Positions 34,727 to 45,399 of a stretch of DNA of 64,000 nucleotides are shown in pieces (positions within the stretch are counted from its first letter, which is position 1; the number at the start of each line of letters is the position of its first letter). Source of the stretch: Rebecca billardiae RCC1528. Its lineage: Eukaryota; Protista; Haptophyta. The notes under the pieces were generated by a model. The model did not search any database. It was not told the origin of the DNA and was given only the letters and a program-made list of their open reading frames with translations. A program made the position numbers and the translations under genes. Where the stretch lies: NCBI GenBank assembly GCA_965240325.2, contig OZ251228.1:2604001-2668000 (forward strand), in the 5' to 3' direction.

Positions 34727-35384
34727 CGCGCGACGAGCGCGGCGCGCGTCCGACGGTCGGGGTCCGCCTTCGCGCTGTGCCGTTGGCGCGCCGCCGCCGC
34801 CCGGCGCTCAGGGAAAACTTTGCAGTGACGTCGCGCCGGCCGCTCGCTGGGAGCTCCCGGCCCGGACCTCCCTTGCAAATCCCGAGGTCTGGACCGGTTG
34901 GAATGCCGGCGAATTCATCGCCAAGGCAATTTGGGCACGCGCCAGCCGTCCGCGATTTGCGCACCGCACAAGCTGGCCGGCATAAAGACTGGCCGATGTG
35001 GCGACGCTCCCATAGCTTTTTCTGACGGCCCGAGGTACGAGTGGTCGTTGGCCGCAAAACTACACGAAAATAAACATTTTGCTGCGTTTGCGGAAATGGC
35101 GACGCTCCCGGCCGCTCTGCCGCTGACTTCGCCCGCTGGCAGGCGCAGTGGGAGCCGACCACTCGTACCTTCGGGCGTCAGACAGGAGGTCGTGTACCGC
35201 CCGCGCGCCGCGGACTCGCACGGCGCGGAGAGGCCGCTCCAGGGGGCGACAGCCGCTTGGGCGCGGTCCACCTTGACGCCCTCGAGGGGCCCACAGCGCC
35301 GAACGCCCCTGCACGCTTCACCTCGCCGCGCGCGAGCGCGTTCAAAACGGCCTCCATCCTGAGGTCCATCCGCGGCCAGTCTTT

Positions 35385-36986
35385 ATGGTCGACGTGAGGA
35401 GCCCCAAGTGTGATCACGCCGGCTGCACCAAGGTGCCTTACTTCGGCATGCCGGGCGACGCGCGCGCCAGCCGGTGCGCTACGCACAAGCTGGCAGGCAT
35501 GGTCGACGTGAAGAACCCCAAATGTGATCACGCCGGCTGCACCACGCAGCCTTACTTCGGCATGCCGGGCGACGCGCGCGCCAGCCGGTGTGCTACGCAC
35601 AAGCTGGCCGGCATGGTCGACGTGAGGAGCCCCAAGTGTGATCACGCCGGCTGCACCACGCAGCCTTACTTCGGCATGCCGGGCGACGCGCGCGCCAGCC
35701 GGTGCGCTACGCACAAGCTGGCAGGCATGGTCGACGTGAAGAACCCCAAATGTGATCACGCCGGCTGCAGCACGCAGCCTTACTTCGGCATGCCGGGCGA
35801 CGCGCGCGCCAGCCGGTGTGCTACGCACAAGCTGGCCGGCATGGTCGACGTGAGGAGCCCCAAGTGTGATCACGCTGGCTGCACCAAGGTGCCTTACTTT
35901 GGCATGCCGGGCGACGCGCGCGCCAGCCGGTGTGCTACGCACAAGCTGGCCGGCATGGTCGACGTGAGGAGCCCCAAGTGTGATCACACCGGCTGCACCA
36001 CGCAGCCTTACTTCGGCATGCCGGGCGACGCGCGCGCCAGCCGGTGCGCCCCGCACAAGCTGGCCGGCATGGTCGACGTGAAGAGCCCCACGTGCGATCA
36101 CGCGGGCTGCGCCAAGCGGCCTTCATTCGGCATGCCGGGTGATTCGTGCGCCAGCCGGTGCGCTACGCACAAGCTGGCCAGCATGGTCAACGTGGTGAGC
36201 CGCAAGTGTGATCACACCGGCTGCACCAAGGTGCCTTCCTTCGGCATGCCGGGCGAGCGGCGCGCCAGCCGGTGCGCTGAGCACAAGCTGGCCGGCATGG
36301 TCGACCTGAATATTCGCATCAAGTGTGATCACACCGGCTGCACCAAGGGGCCTTCGTTCGGCATGCCAGGCGACGCGCGCGCCAGCCGGTGCGCTACGCA
36401 CAAGCTGGCCGGCATGGTCGACGTGGTGAGCCGCAAGTGTGATCACACCGGCTGCACCAAGGTGCCTTCCTTCGGCATGCCGGGCGAGCGGCGCGCCAGC
36501 CGGTGCGCTGAGCACAAGCTGGCCAGCATGGTCGACCTGAATAATCGCATCAAGTGTGATCACACCGGCTGCACCAAGGGGCCTTCGTTCGGCATGCCAG
36601 GCGACGCGCGCGCCAGCCGGTGCGCTACGCACAAGCTGGCCGGCATGGTCGACGTGGTGAGCCGCAAGTGTGATCACGCCGGCTGCACCAAGGTGCCTTC
36701 CTTCGGCATGCCGGGTGATTCGCGCGCCAGCCGGTGCGCTGAGCACAAGCTGGCAGGCATGGTCGACGTGAAGAACCCCAAATGTGATCACGCTGGCTAC
36801 ACCACGCAGCCTTCATTCGGCATGCCGGGCGACGCGCGCGCCAGCCGGTGCGCTGAGCACAAGCTGGCCGGCATGGTCGACGTGGTGAGCCGCAAGTGTG
36901 ATCACGCCGGCTGCACCAAGGTGCCTTCCTTCGGCATGCCGGGTGATTCGCGCGCCAGCCGGTGCGCTGAGCACAAGCTGGCAGGC
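35385..36986 (+). repeat. Coding minisatellite with 114/117-bp unit
   Basis: Near-identical nucleotide units, with a higher-order dimer (units 8-9 nearly equal 10-11). Confidence 0.97.
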
Positions 36987-37445
36987 ATGGTATGCAGTCG
37001 GCTCGCCGTCCCCAAGCGCAGGCTGGAGCATGGCACCGGTGACCAGGGCACGCGCGCCGCGGAGCGACGGCACAAACATAGCAGCCACATTGCCGCCGTT
37101 TCGGACGTCGCGCCTCGGCTATCGCCACCACCGCCACTGGTCGCAGTCGGCATGCCACTGGCAGCAGGCAGCATCGTCCGCTGGAGCTCGCCAGATGGCA
37201 CGAGCTATTCGGTTGGCGACGGGGTGGTCAACGGTGGTGCCCTGGGCCTGGGCGAGCAGCATCTGTCTGGCAACGCAGGTGACGCAACCCGGGCTGCCGC
37301 TGGCTGGTCTGGCATCTACGACCAGGGAGTCCAGGGACTACCAGCAGGCATCATCAACACCACACCGCTGCGCCAGGACTACCATCATCATCGATGGCGG
37401 CGGGAGCACGACAGCAGCAACCGCCGCAGGTCATGCCTGTGGTGA
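35385..37445 (+). CDS. EsV-1-7-type Cys/His repeat protein with 14 tandem repeats
   Basis: 14 units of 38-39 aa with C-x4-C...FG...C-x2-H-K..GMVDV at 35385-36986. The C-terminus homologous to the paralogue lies in another frame ending at 37648, so this copy may be frameshifted or spliced. Confidence 0.85.
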   Translation: MVDVRSPKCDHAGCTKVPYFGMPGDARASRCATHKLAGMVDVKNPKCDHAGCTTQPYFGMPGDARASRCATHKLAGMVDVRSPKCDHAGCTTQPYFGMPGDARASRCATHKLAGMVDVKNPKCDHAGCSTQPYFGMPGDARASRCATHKLAGMVDVRSPKCDHAGCTKVPYFGMPGDARASRCATHKLAGMVDVRSPKCDHTGCTTQPYFGMPGDARASRCAPHKLAGMVDVKSPTCDHAGCAKRPSFGMPGDSCASRCATHKLASMVNVVSRKCDHTGCTKVPSFGMPGERRASRCAEHKLAGMVDLNIRIKCDHTGCTKGPSFGMPGDARASRCATHKLAGMVDVVSRKCDHTGCTKVPSFGMPGERRASRCAEHKLASMVDLNNRIKCDHTGCTKGPSFGMPGDARASRCATHKLAGMVDVVSRKCDHAGCTKVPSFGMPGDSRASRCAEHKLAGMVDVKNPKCDHAGYTTQPSFGMPGDARASRCAEHKLAGMVDVVSRKCDHAGCTKVPSFGMPGDSRASRCAEHKLAGMVCSRLAVPKRRLEHGTGDQGTRAAERRHKHSSHIAAVSDVAPRLSPPPPLVAVGMPLAAGSIVRWSSPDGTSYSVGDGVVNGGALGLGEQHLSGNAGDATRAAAGWSGIYDQGVQGLPAGIINTTPLRQDYHHHRWRREHDSSNRRRSCLW

Positions 37446-37911
37446 TGGCGAGCAGGGCCCTGGTCGATGCTGGCGGCTCAGAAGCGCGTCACACTCACAG
37501 CTTCGGTCCCGGAGTCTCGACGCTCGAGAGAGGCAACGACGGTGCGGGTTGCCTCGGAACAGTGCTGCCACCACACGGTGACACAGAAACTGAATCTGAC
37601 GACCGTTGGACCGTGCTGTCTTACGATCTGTCGTCAGATGAGTCGTAAATGTAATTGGCTCCAGCTCCGGTAGAGCCCCCTACGGCTACTAAGCTCCGTT
37701 ACGTCGTCAATTAATGGCCCGCGCCTGGCGTCGGACTCGGGACTGGCCCTGAGCCGAACGGTCCGAACCCGCGAAGTCCGGGACCATGGGCACTATGATG
37801 CAGCCGACTGCCGAGTGACCCCCTCGGCCCTCCGAGTCCGACCCCTGATGACATTGGCGATTGATGATACTACTTCAACGACGACGAGAAATGGGCCCGT
37901 AGTATGGGTCA

Positions 37912-38072
<161 letters not shown>

Positions 38073-38199
38073 TCGTCAGAGTCGACGTACTCCACACCTC
38101 CCAATAGACTGTGACTCAGACTCGTCTGCTATTTTCACTAAGTAATTACCCGCCCCTACTCAGGTTTCAGCACAGTCCGGGGGCGATCCGGATGACACC

Positions 38200-38201
38200 T
38201 A

Positions 38202-38294
<93 letters not shown>
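38200..38294. repeat. (ATCT)n + (AT)n compound microsatellite
   Basis: Seen directly in the sequence. Confidence 0.98.
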
Positions 38295-38297
<3 letters not shown>

Positions 38298-39232
38298 CGA
38301 CGTGGTATGCAACGGACAGGCGTCAGAGTCAGCAAGCAATGTAGCAGCAGATCGAGCAGCAGAGACAAACACCAGCAGGATGTATATATGATGCGAATAA
38401 AATGACGCCCGGCCTGGGTATAGTTAAAAAAGAAAATAGAGTCTGAACCTATTGGAGGTTTGGCTGATGATGATCCATCTGGCCGTCATTTCGATTTTCG
38501 TCCAAGGGACCGCCTGGGTTGGTCTAGGACTAGTTATAGGGGCGATTGTAGATCATCAGGGGCGGCGATCCCGCCGATCTCCATGTCAAGATGTAACGCT
38601 CCAGTGACCGGACTTAGGGGGTTCAACCGAAGCAGGAGCCAGCAATTACCCATCGTGCGTCTCTAATTATTCTGTTCGTTAGTCGTAGCAGTATTGAACG
38701 ATGTCAGCAGCAGTAATCAGGCCGAAGGGGCCCGAAGGCGGCGAGCCGTGAGTCTACTGAGTCATCTACAGTACTAATAAACTAAGAAATCGTGGGCCTG
38801 CTAACTATAAACTAAGTTACGTCGCGGCTCGTGTCGGTCCAACCAAGGCGCGTGCCCGTGGGAGGCGCGGCGCGCCGGCCCGACTACGAGTAAGCTACAG
38901 GCCAAGTCCACTTCTCCTGTAACTGAGTCCGCTGGCCAACGGACAACGGTGCCACCTGGCACATCCATGCAACTATCGTCGTCAATCAAGCCAGATTTGC
39001 TCCAAAAGGCCCAAACTTTTCTTCGGACTCAGCGGGGGGCTCTGCGGCCCTACCCCCCCCCCCCCCCCCCCCCCCCCCGCGCGCGCGCGCCTTAATGCGC
39101 GGCGGGCGGCCCTAGCTAAAAAAACTGACACTCCATAGGCGCTCGCCGGATGAAGTTAGCAGCGTGCGAGGAGGAGGCGCGGCGCGTGTCCGCAGCTGGC
39201 GAGAGGCGTCCGGACCGTGACGTTATCGGCCC

Positions 39233-40326
39233 CAAGGGTGTCCAGGGTCCGCAACTCGCAGTGCGCAGCGCGGCAGAGGCTGTGTCATCGCAAGGTCGCC
39301 GCTCGCCAGTGGGACTCGCCCGCCCGCCGCCGTGCACGGCGGCGGGGCCGCTCGCGCCGTGCGCTCCTGCGGCCGTCGGGTCGGGCTGCGGAGGCGGCGC
39401 GGGGCTTCGGCCGTAGCAGAGCCACCCGGCACCCCTCGCTGCGCCGCGCGCCTTCCTCGTCCTCGCCTCCTCCGCGCCTTGAAGCAGCACGCACACGCGC
39501 GGCGCCGCACAAGCGCAGCGCAGGCGCTCGCGTGCAAGCGCGCGCGCGCAGCGCGCGCCGGGCTCGACTCGGGGCTCGAGCCGCTGCGGGGGCATGCAGT
39601 ACCATCGCCTACGCGCGCGACACCACCTCGAGCCTGCGCATCGATGTGCTGGTCACGCGCCAAATGCTCACAGGTCCTCGTGTTAATGTAGGCGCAGCCT
39701 GACCAGAAGCTGCTGCATGCGTCTGGACGATTTCTTAGGCAAGGCACGATCACAGCCACGCTCATGGCGCTTCTCAGCAAGTGTACACATCCCACGAGAA
39801 GAGCCCGCAAGCGTGAAAGCCTCCGCATCGATCGCATCTGCGCACTCAAAGCCTGTTGTTCATGCTTCACGCGCACGTGTGATGATGCCAGGTCAGAGCA
39901 TTTTGTATCGTGCATCAGCGTGCACTGCCGGTCAAACGGGTAGGCTCGAGGTGGCGTCGAGCGCGCAGGCGATGGTACTGCATGCCTCCGCAGCGGCTCG
40001 AGCCCCGAGTCGAGCCCGTCGCGCGCTGCGCGCGCGCGCTTGCACGCGAGCGCCTGCGCTGCGTTTGAGCAGCGCCGCGCGTGTGCGTGCTGCTTCAAGG
40101 CACGGAGGAGGCGAGGACGAGGAAGGCGCGCGGCGCAGCGAGGGGCGCCGGGTGGCTCTGCCACGGCTGAAGCCCCGCGCCGCCTCCGCAGCCCGACCCG
40201 ACGGCCGCAGGAGCGCACGGCGCGAGCGGCCCCGCCGCCGTGCACGGCGGCGGGCGGGCGAGTGCTCACCACTGGCGAGCGGCGATGCGCACTGCGCTGG
40301 CGAGTTGCGAGGCACGGACACCCTTG
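39233..40326. mobile_element. Older foldback element with CAAGGG termini (P/Galileo-like)
   Basis: Termini CAAGGGTGTCC and GGACACCCTTG. Inverted arms ~39233-39635 and 39942-40326 carry scattered mismatches and indels. The flanks share CGGCCC (degenerate TSD). Confidence 0.85.
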
Positions 40327-40347
40327 CCCGGCCCGCGTCGGTCGACG

Positions 40348-42874
40348 ATGTTCGCACTCCGCGCGGTGCTCGCGGCGCCGACGTTCGAGCGCGCGGCGCT
40401 GCTGCGCCTTCCGCAGCGGATGCACCTGGCGCAGAGCAGCGGGCGCTTCCCGCGCTCCGCCGGGCGGGGCACCTCCGCGCGCGCCGCCGAGCCGATGCGC
40501 GCGCGCATGCTCGCGCGCACGCAGCCGCCGCCGCAGCACTCGCGCGGCCCGCCGCCGCGCTGGTCGAGGCTGCCGCCAAAGTCGCGCAGCCGGGTGCAGG
40601 CGGCGGCGCAGGTCATCTCGACCGTCCGTCACCGCGAGCGCGACACGCCGCGCCCGGCCTCCGTCCAGCGGGTCTTCTGCCACGTCGCGTCGCTCGTGGG
40701 CAAGATGAGCCACGCGGAGCGCGCCGCCTTCTTCGACGCGCACATGCTCGAGTTCGCGTCGCTGCGCGAGCGGCTCGTCGCGGGGCTGGACGAGCTGGAC
40801 GACGTCGAGCTGAGCGACATCGCGCTCGCGTGCGGCCGGCACGGCGGCGCCGAGTGCCACGACGTGCTGGGCGAGGTCGAGGCGCGGCTGGCGCCGCAGA
40901 TCGGCGCGCTCGAGCCGCGCACGGTCGCCATGCTGCTCTGGGCGCACACGGCGTCGGGCACGGGGTCGATGGCGTTGTACGAGGTGGCCGAGCCGGCCGT
41001 GCGCGCGCGCGTCGCCCACTTCGAGCCGCACGGCCTCTCCTCCATCGCGTGGGCGTACGCCAAGCGCGGGCAGCTGCGCGCGCCGCTCGCGGACGAGCTG
41101 GCGACCGAGGTGGTGCGCCGCACGGGGCTGGGCGCGGACGGCCCGCGCATCCTGGCGACGATGGCGTGGGCGTTCGGCAACGCGCCGCCCTCGGAGGCGC
41201 GCGCGCGCGTGCTCGACGTGCTCGCCGCCGAGGCCGTGCCCATCGCCGCGCAGATGGGCGCGCGCGACCTCGCGCAGATCGTGTGGGTGTACGCCAAGGC
41301 GGCGCACGACGCGCCCGAGCTCTTTGCGGCGGTCGAGGCGGTGGCGCCCGCGCAGCTGCACCGCTTCAACTCGCAGGACTTTGCGAACGTGACGTGGGCG
41401 TTCGCCTCGGCGGGGGTCGACGCGCCGGCGCTCTTCAGCGCCGTCGCCGTCGCCGTGCAGCCGCGGCTCGACGAGTTCACGCCGCAGGGCCTCGCCAACC
41501 TCGCGTGGGCGTTTGCCAAGACGGGCGCGCCCTCGGCCGAGCTGCTACTCGGCGCGATCGGCGACGGCTTGGGCGCGTGGCTGCCCGCGCTCGACGCGAA
41601 GCACGTGTCGCAGCTGGCGTGGGCGTTCGCGAAGACGGGCGTGGACTCGGCTCGCGCGCTGCGCGCCATCGCCGCCGAGCTCGACGCGCGCCCCTCCGTG
41701 CACGACTTCGGCGAGGCCGAGCTCACGCAGACGGTGTACGCGTACGCGGCCGCGCGCGTCGAGGCGCCCGCGCTGCTGCAGCGGCTGTTTGGCCGGATCA
41801 TCACGCGGCTCGACTCGTTCGAGGCGCAGTCGATCTCCGTCGCGGCGTGGTCGCTCGCGCGCTCGAAGGTGCACGCGCCCGGCGCGTTCGCCAAGATCGC
41901 CGCCGAGGTGCAGCGCCGCGGCGAGGCGCACTTCTCCTCGCAGCACGTCGCCAACCTGATCTGGGCGTTTGCCACCATGGGCGAGGATGGCCAGGAGCTG
42001 GTGGCGGCGACCGGGCCGGCCATCGTGGCGCGCGCGCGCACGTTCAAGGCGCAGGAGATCGCGAACGTGGCGTGGGCGCTCGCGGTGATGCAGCTGCACC
42101 CGCCCGACGTGCTGCGCGCCGTGTTCGACGCGGCCGAGTCCTTCTTTGACGAGCCGAGCGTGCGCGCGCCGCGCGCGCACGCCCGCGGCCGGCCGCTCAG
42201 CCGCTGCGCCGCACGCCCTCGCGCTCGCGCCTCCCCGCACGCGTGCCGGCGCACGTGCCCGGCGCCGCCCCTCTCTCTCCCTCTCTCTCTCTCCCTCTCT
42301 CTCACCCGGCATCTGCCCCCCCTCCCCCCGCGCGCGTGCGCAGTGGAAGATCGGCGGCACCGAGTCGCTCTGCCAGCTGCACCAGGCGAACATGGCGATG
42401 CGGCTCGAGGCGCCGCAGCTGGGCATCGAGCTGAGCGCGCAGATGCGGCAGCGCTGCTACGAGTCCATGCGCAACTCGGCGATGGGCGACTTCAAGCTCT
42501 CGCGGCTGCACATGTCGGTGTCGGAGAAGCTGTCCAAGCTCGGCGTGGAGCACACGAACGAGGTGTGCCTCCCCGTCCTCGGCTACCACGTGGACGTCGT
42601 GCTGCACGGCCACAGCACGGTGATCGAGGTGAACGGCCCGGCGCACTACGCCGAGGGCGGCAAGCTCCACCCGACCATGCAGATGAAGATCCGGCACATG
42701 CGGCAGATGGGCTGGCACGTGCTGACCGTGCCGCACTGGGAGTGGGCCGAGGCGTTGTCCGATGGAGAGGGCATGGCGTACCTGCAACGGCTGCTCGACG
42801 CGGCGGAGCGCGACGTTGCCGCCGCCGCCGCCGCGGACTCGACGGAGTCGTCGCGATTCGAAGCGGGTAGCTGA
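40348..42874 (+). CDS. Helical-repeat (OPR/FASTK-like) protein with C-terminal RAP domain; exons 40348-42159 and 42344-42874
   Basis: Repeated F.PQ.LAN.AWAFA units of ~37-38 aa. RAP motif GYHVDV..IEVNGPAHY..K.RHM...GW.VLTVPHWEW. A phase-0 GT-AG intron joins the two frames. Confidence 0.9.
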
Positions 42875-43287
42875 TGACGGAGGTGCCTTACTACGCGCAA
42901 TGTTGAGACAGCGGTGCGAAAAGGACGAATCTGTATTCGTTGATGGGATTACTCATCCGTACGTTATTTCGATCGCAAAACGCGCAAGACAGGGGCTGGC
43001 CAGGGTAGGGCTGGAGGCTTCGGCCGCCAGCCTGATCACCCGGAGCCCGTTATAAAGGGGAATTTAAAAAGTCCGGAAACCGACCAAGAATATTCGACAC
43101 CGTTCTCGCTTGCTGCCGTGACTCCCCCGTTGGCCCCTGGAGTGAACACGCGCGCCGAATGCGGGTTGGATTGCCCGTGGCGCAGAACGGGCGCGTGGCG
43201 CGTCACGCGCCTATGCGTCGGGTCACCCGGCTGGCCGTGGCCGCACACCGCGGGGCTCGTACATCGTCTCGCCACGCGCGCGCGAGG

Positions 43288-44484
43288 ATGCAGCTGTCGC
43301 GCGCACTCCGACTGGCCGCACTGGCGCTGGTGCTTCTGGTGGCTGTGGCTCGTGCGGAGGGCGAGCACGAGGGCGAGCATCACGCGCACGACGAGCACGA
43401 CGAGCACGACGAGCACCGCGACGAGGATGAGCACCACACGCCTCACGAGGACGGCGAGCACACGAGGGAAGCCATCCCGCAGCAGGTCTGGTCGGCGACG
43501 ATGGGCTCGTGCGCGGTTGTGAGCATGGTCACCTTCATCGGCGTGCTCCTGCTCGCCTTGCCCGCAGGGCGTAACCTCGTGCAGTCCCCGCGCGCCATGT
43601 CGGTGTCGGTTGGCTTTGCCGGCGGCGCGCTCCTCTCGGCGGCTGTCCTCCTCTTGCTCACAGAGTCGATGCGCATCCTGATGGTGGAGGGCATGGCGCA
43701 CAGCGAGCACGGCGATGATCCGCACTCGGCGGACAGTTTCATGTGGCAGTGGGGCGTGTGCGTGCTCGGCGGCGTCTTCCTGGTGATGCTTGTCGACGGC
43801 CTCGTCTCGAGCGCCGTCAAGCTCCACGACGGCCGCCGCACCGCGCCGCAGTCGCACGGCCGGATCACAGACGGCCCCCGTGCGGTGGATACGGCGGCGG
43901 AGGTGGAGGCGGCGGAGGCATCGGCGACGACGGCCACGACCACCAGCGCGGCGACGAGCGAGAGCGCGGAGACCGACGACAAGAAGGCGCTGCCCCTGCG
44001 CCGGCGCGCGCGGCTCTGCGTCGCCATCCTCGTGGGCGACCTCGCGCACAACTTCACCGACGGCGTCTTCATCGCCACCGCCTTTCTGGCGTGCAACTCC
44101 GTGCTGGGCTGGGTGGTCGTCCTCGGCACGGTGGCGCACGAGCTGCCGCAAGAGCTCTCGGACTACATGGTCCTCACGACGACCGCGCGGGTGACGCCGG
44201 CCACGGCGCTCCTGTGCAACTTTGGCGCCGGGCTCGCCGTCTTCCTCGGCGCGCTGCTCGTCCTCACGGTCGAGGTGTCCGCGCACGCGACCGCGCTGCT
44301 GCTCGCGCTCGGCGGCGGCTTCTACATTTACACGGCCCTCGCCGAGTGTGTGCCGGCCATGCTCAACGCGGAGACGACGGCGGAGCGCGCGGTTAGCCTC
44401 TGCGCGTTTGTCTTTGGCGCGACGGTCATCGGCCTTGTGCTGCTCAACCACCAGCACTGCGAGGTTGGCCATGCAGAGCACTGA
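43288..44484 (+). CDS. ZIP (SLC39, LIV-1-type) zinc transporter
   Basis: Signal peptide, His/acid-rich N-terminus, GFAGGALL, GDLAHNFTDG, HELPQELSD, GGFYIY and multiple TM segments. Confidence 0.95.
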   Translation: MQLSRALRLAALALVLLVAVARAEGEHEGEHHAHDEHDEHDEHRDEDEHHTPHEDGEHTREAIPQQVWSATMGSCAVVSMVTFIGVLLLALPAGRNLVQSPRAMSVSVGFAGGALLSAAVLLLLTESMRILMVEGMAHSEHGDDPHSADSFMWQWGVCVLGGVFLVMLVDGLVSSAVKLHDGRRTAPQSHGRITDGPRAVDTAAEVEAAEASATTATTTSAATSESAETDDKKALPLRRRARLCVAILVGDLAHNFTDGVFIATAFLACNSVLGWVVVLGTVAHELPQELSDYMVLTTTARVTPATALLCNFGAGLAVFLGALLVLTVEVSAHATALLLALGGGFYIYTALAECVPAMLNAETTAERAVSLCAFVFGATVIGLVLLNHQHCEVGHAEH

Positions 44485-45399
44485 CCGAGCGCTGGCGTGG
44501 CGTCGCGCGCCACGCGGCGGGCGGCTCGGCTGGCCGGCGGATGCGCCGCCGCTCATGCAGCAATACGCGCGCACGGCCTGCGCTCGCTGCCTCAATCAAT
44601 CACCGCGTGCGGCGCGTGCCATCGGCTCCGTGCGCGCAGTACGCCCTCGCGTCGCGACACCTTACATCGTCATCTGCGCGGATGTCGTACGCGTGTTGCC
44701 AGTTGACAGTGACGAACTTTTGCGCGGGCTGGCATGGCGCACATTGCCGCGTCGCACACGATGACACATACTGATCTGACCGTCTGGCGTCCCGGCCGTC
44801 CGGGCCGCCGGGCGGCGTCGCTCTTTGAGTCTTGTTGGCTCTTCGATTCTTGCAGCCTACACTTACAGTTTGTTTGATGAACAGTCACAGACTACTCTTC
44901 ATTCAGTACTTGCAGCCTATCTAGCAAACGGTAGTACTAGTAGTATATCTCTAAGCGTCGACGAATCATACGGGCCGTGGTCGCTTAATTAGAGCTTATG
45001 CTGTCAGAGCATCATATTATTGTCATAGTAAGACGCAGTCACCGTAGTATTATTAGTAATAATTAAATTTAAAACTGTTCATGATGATATATGCCTATTG
45101 CCATTATTGTAATTTGTATTGCCTGTTGGTTGGCAGCGGCGCAGCGACCCGCGATTACCGCCGCCGGTGTCGCGTGCTACATTTAACATTAAGGCCTGCT
45201 GCCAGTGCTCAGGCCTGACTTCCTTCGGGGGAACAGCACGGTCTCGGACTCGGTCGCAATCTCCGTGTCCGTCACACGTGACACGCCGCGCTGTCACGCC
45301 CCGACGTCGATCATCGATGGCGACTCGGAGTCTCTGTCACGCCAGTCGCGGTCCAACTCGTGAGTCCGGCGTCTCGGGTCGCCGTCTGGAGAGCGGGAG

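Larger units (their letters stand above)
29728..34875. mobile_element. Complete P-superfamily DNA transposon (5148 bp) with two convergent ORFs
   Basis: Perfect 112-bp TIRs at 29728-29839 and 34764-34875, starting CAAGGGAGG. 7-bp TSD CAAATCC at 29721-29727 and 34876-34882. Confidence 0.96.

Noticed and set aside
35385-36986. Possible CRISPR-like array
   Set aside because: The units are contiguous, in frame and coding, with no unique spacers and no cas genes.
39053-39078. Poly-C run, and the poly-G run at ~49580-49596
   Set aside because: Simple homopolymers. The second is an intronic pyrimidine tract on the RPB7 strand.
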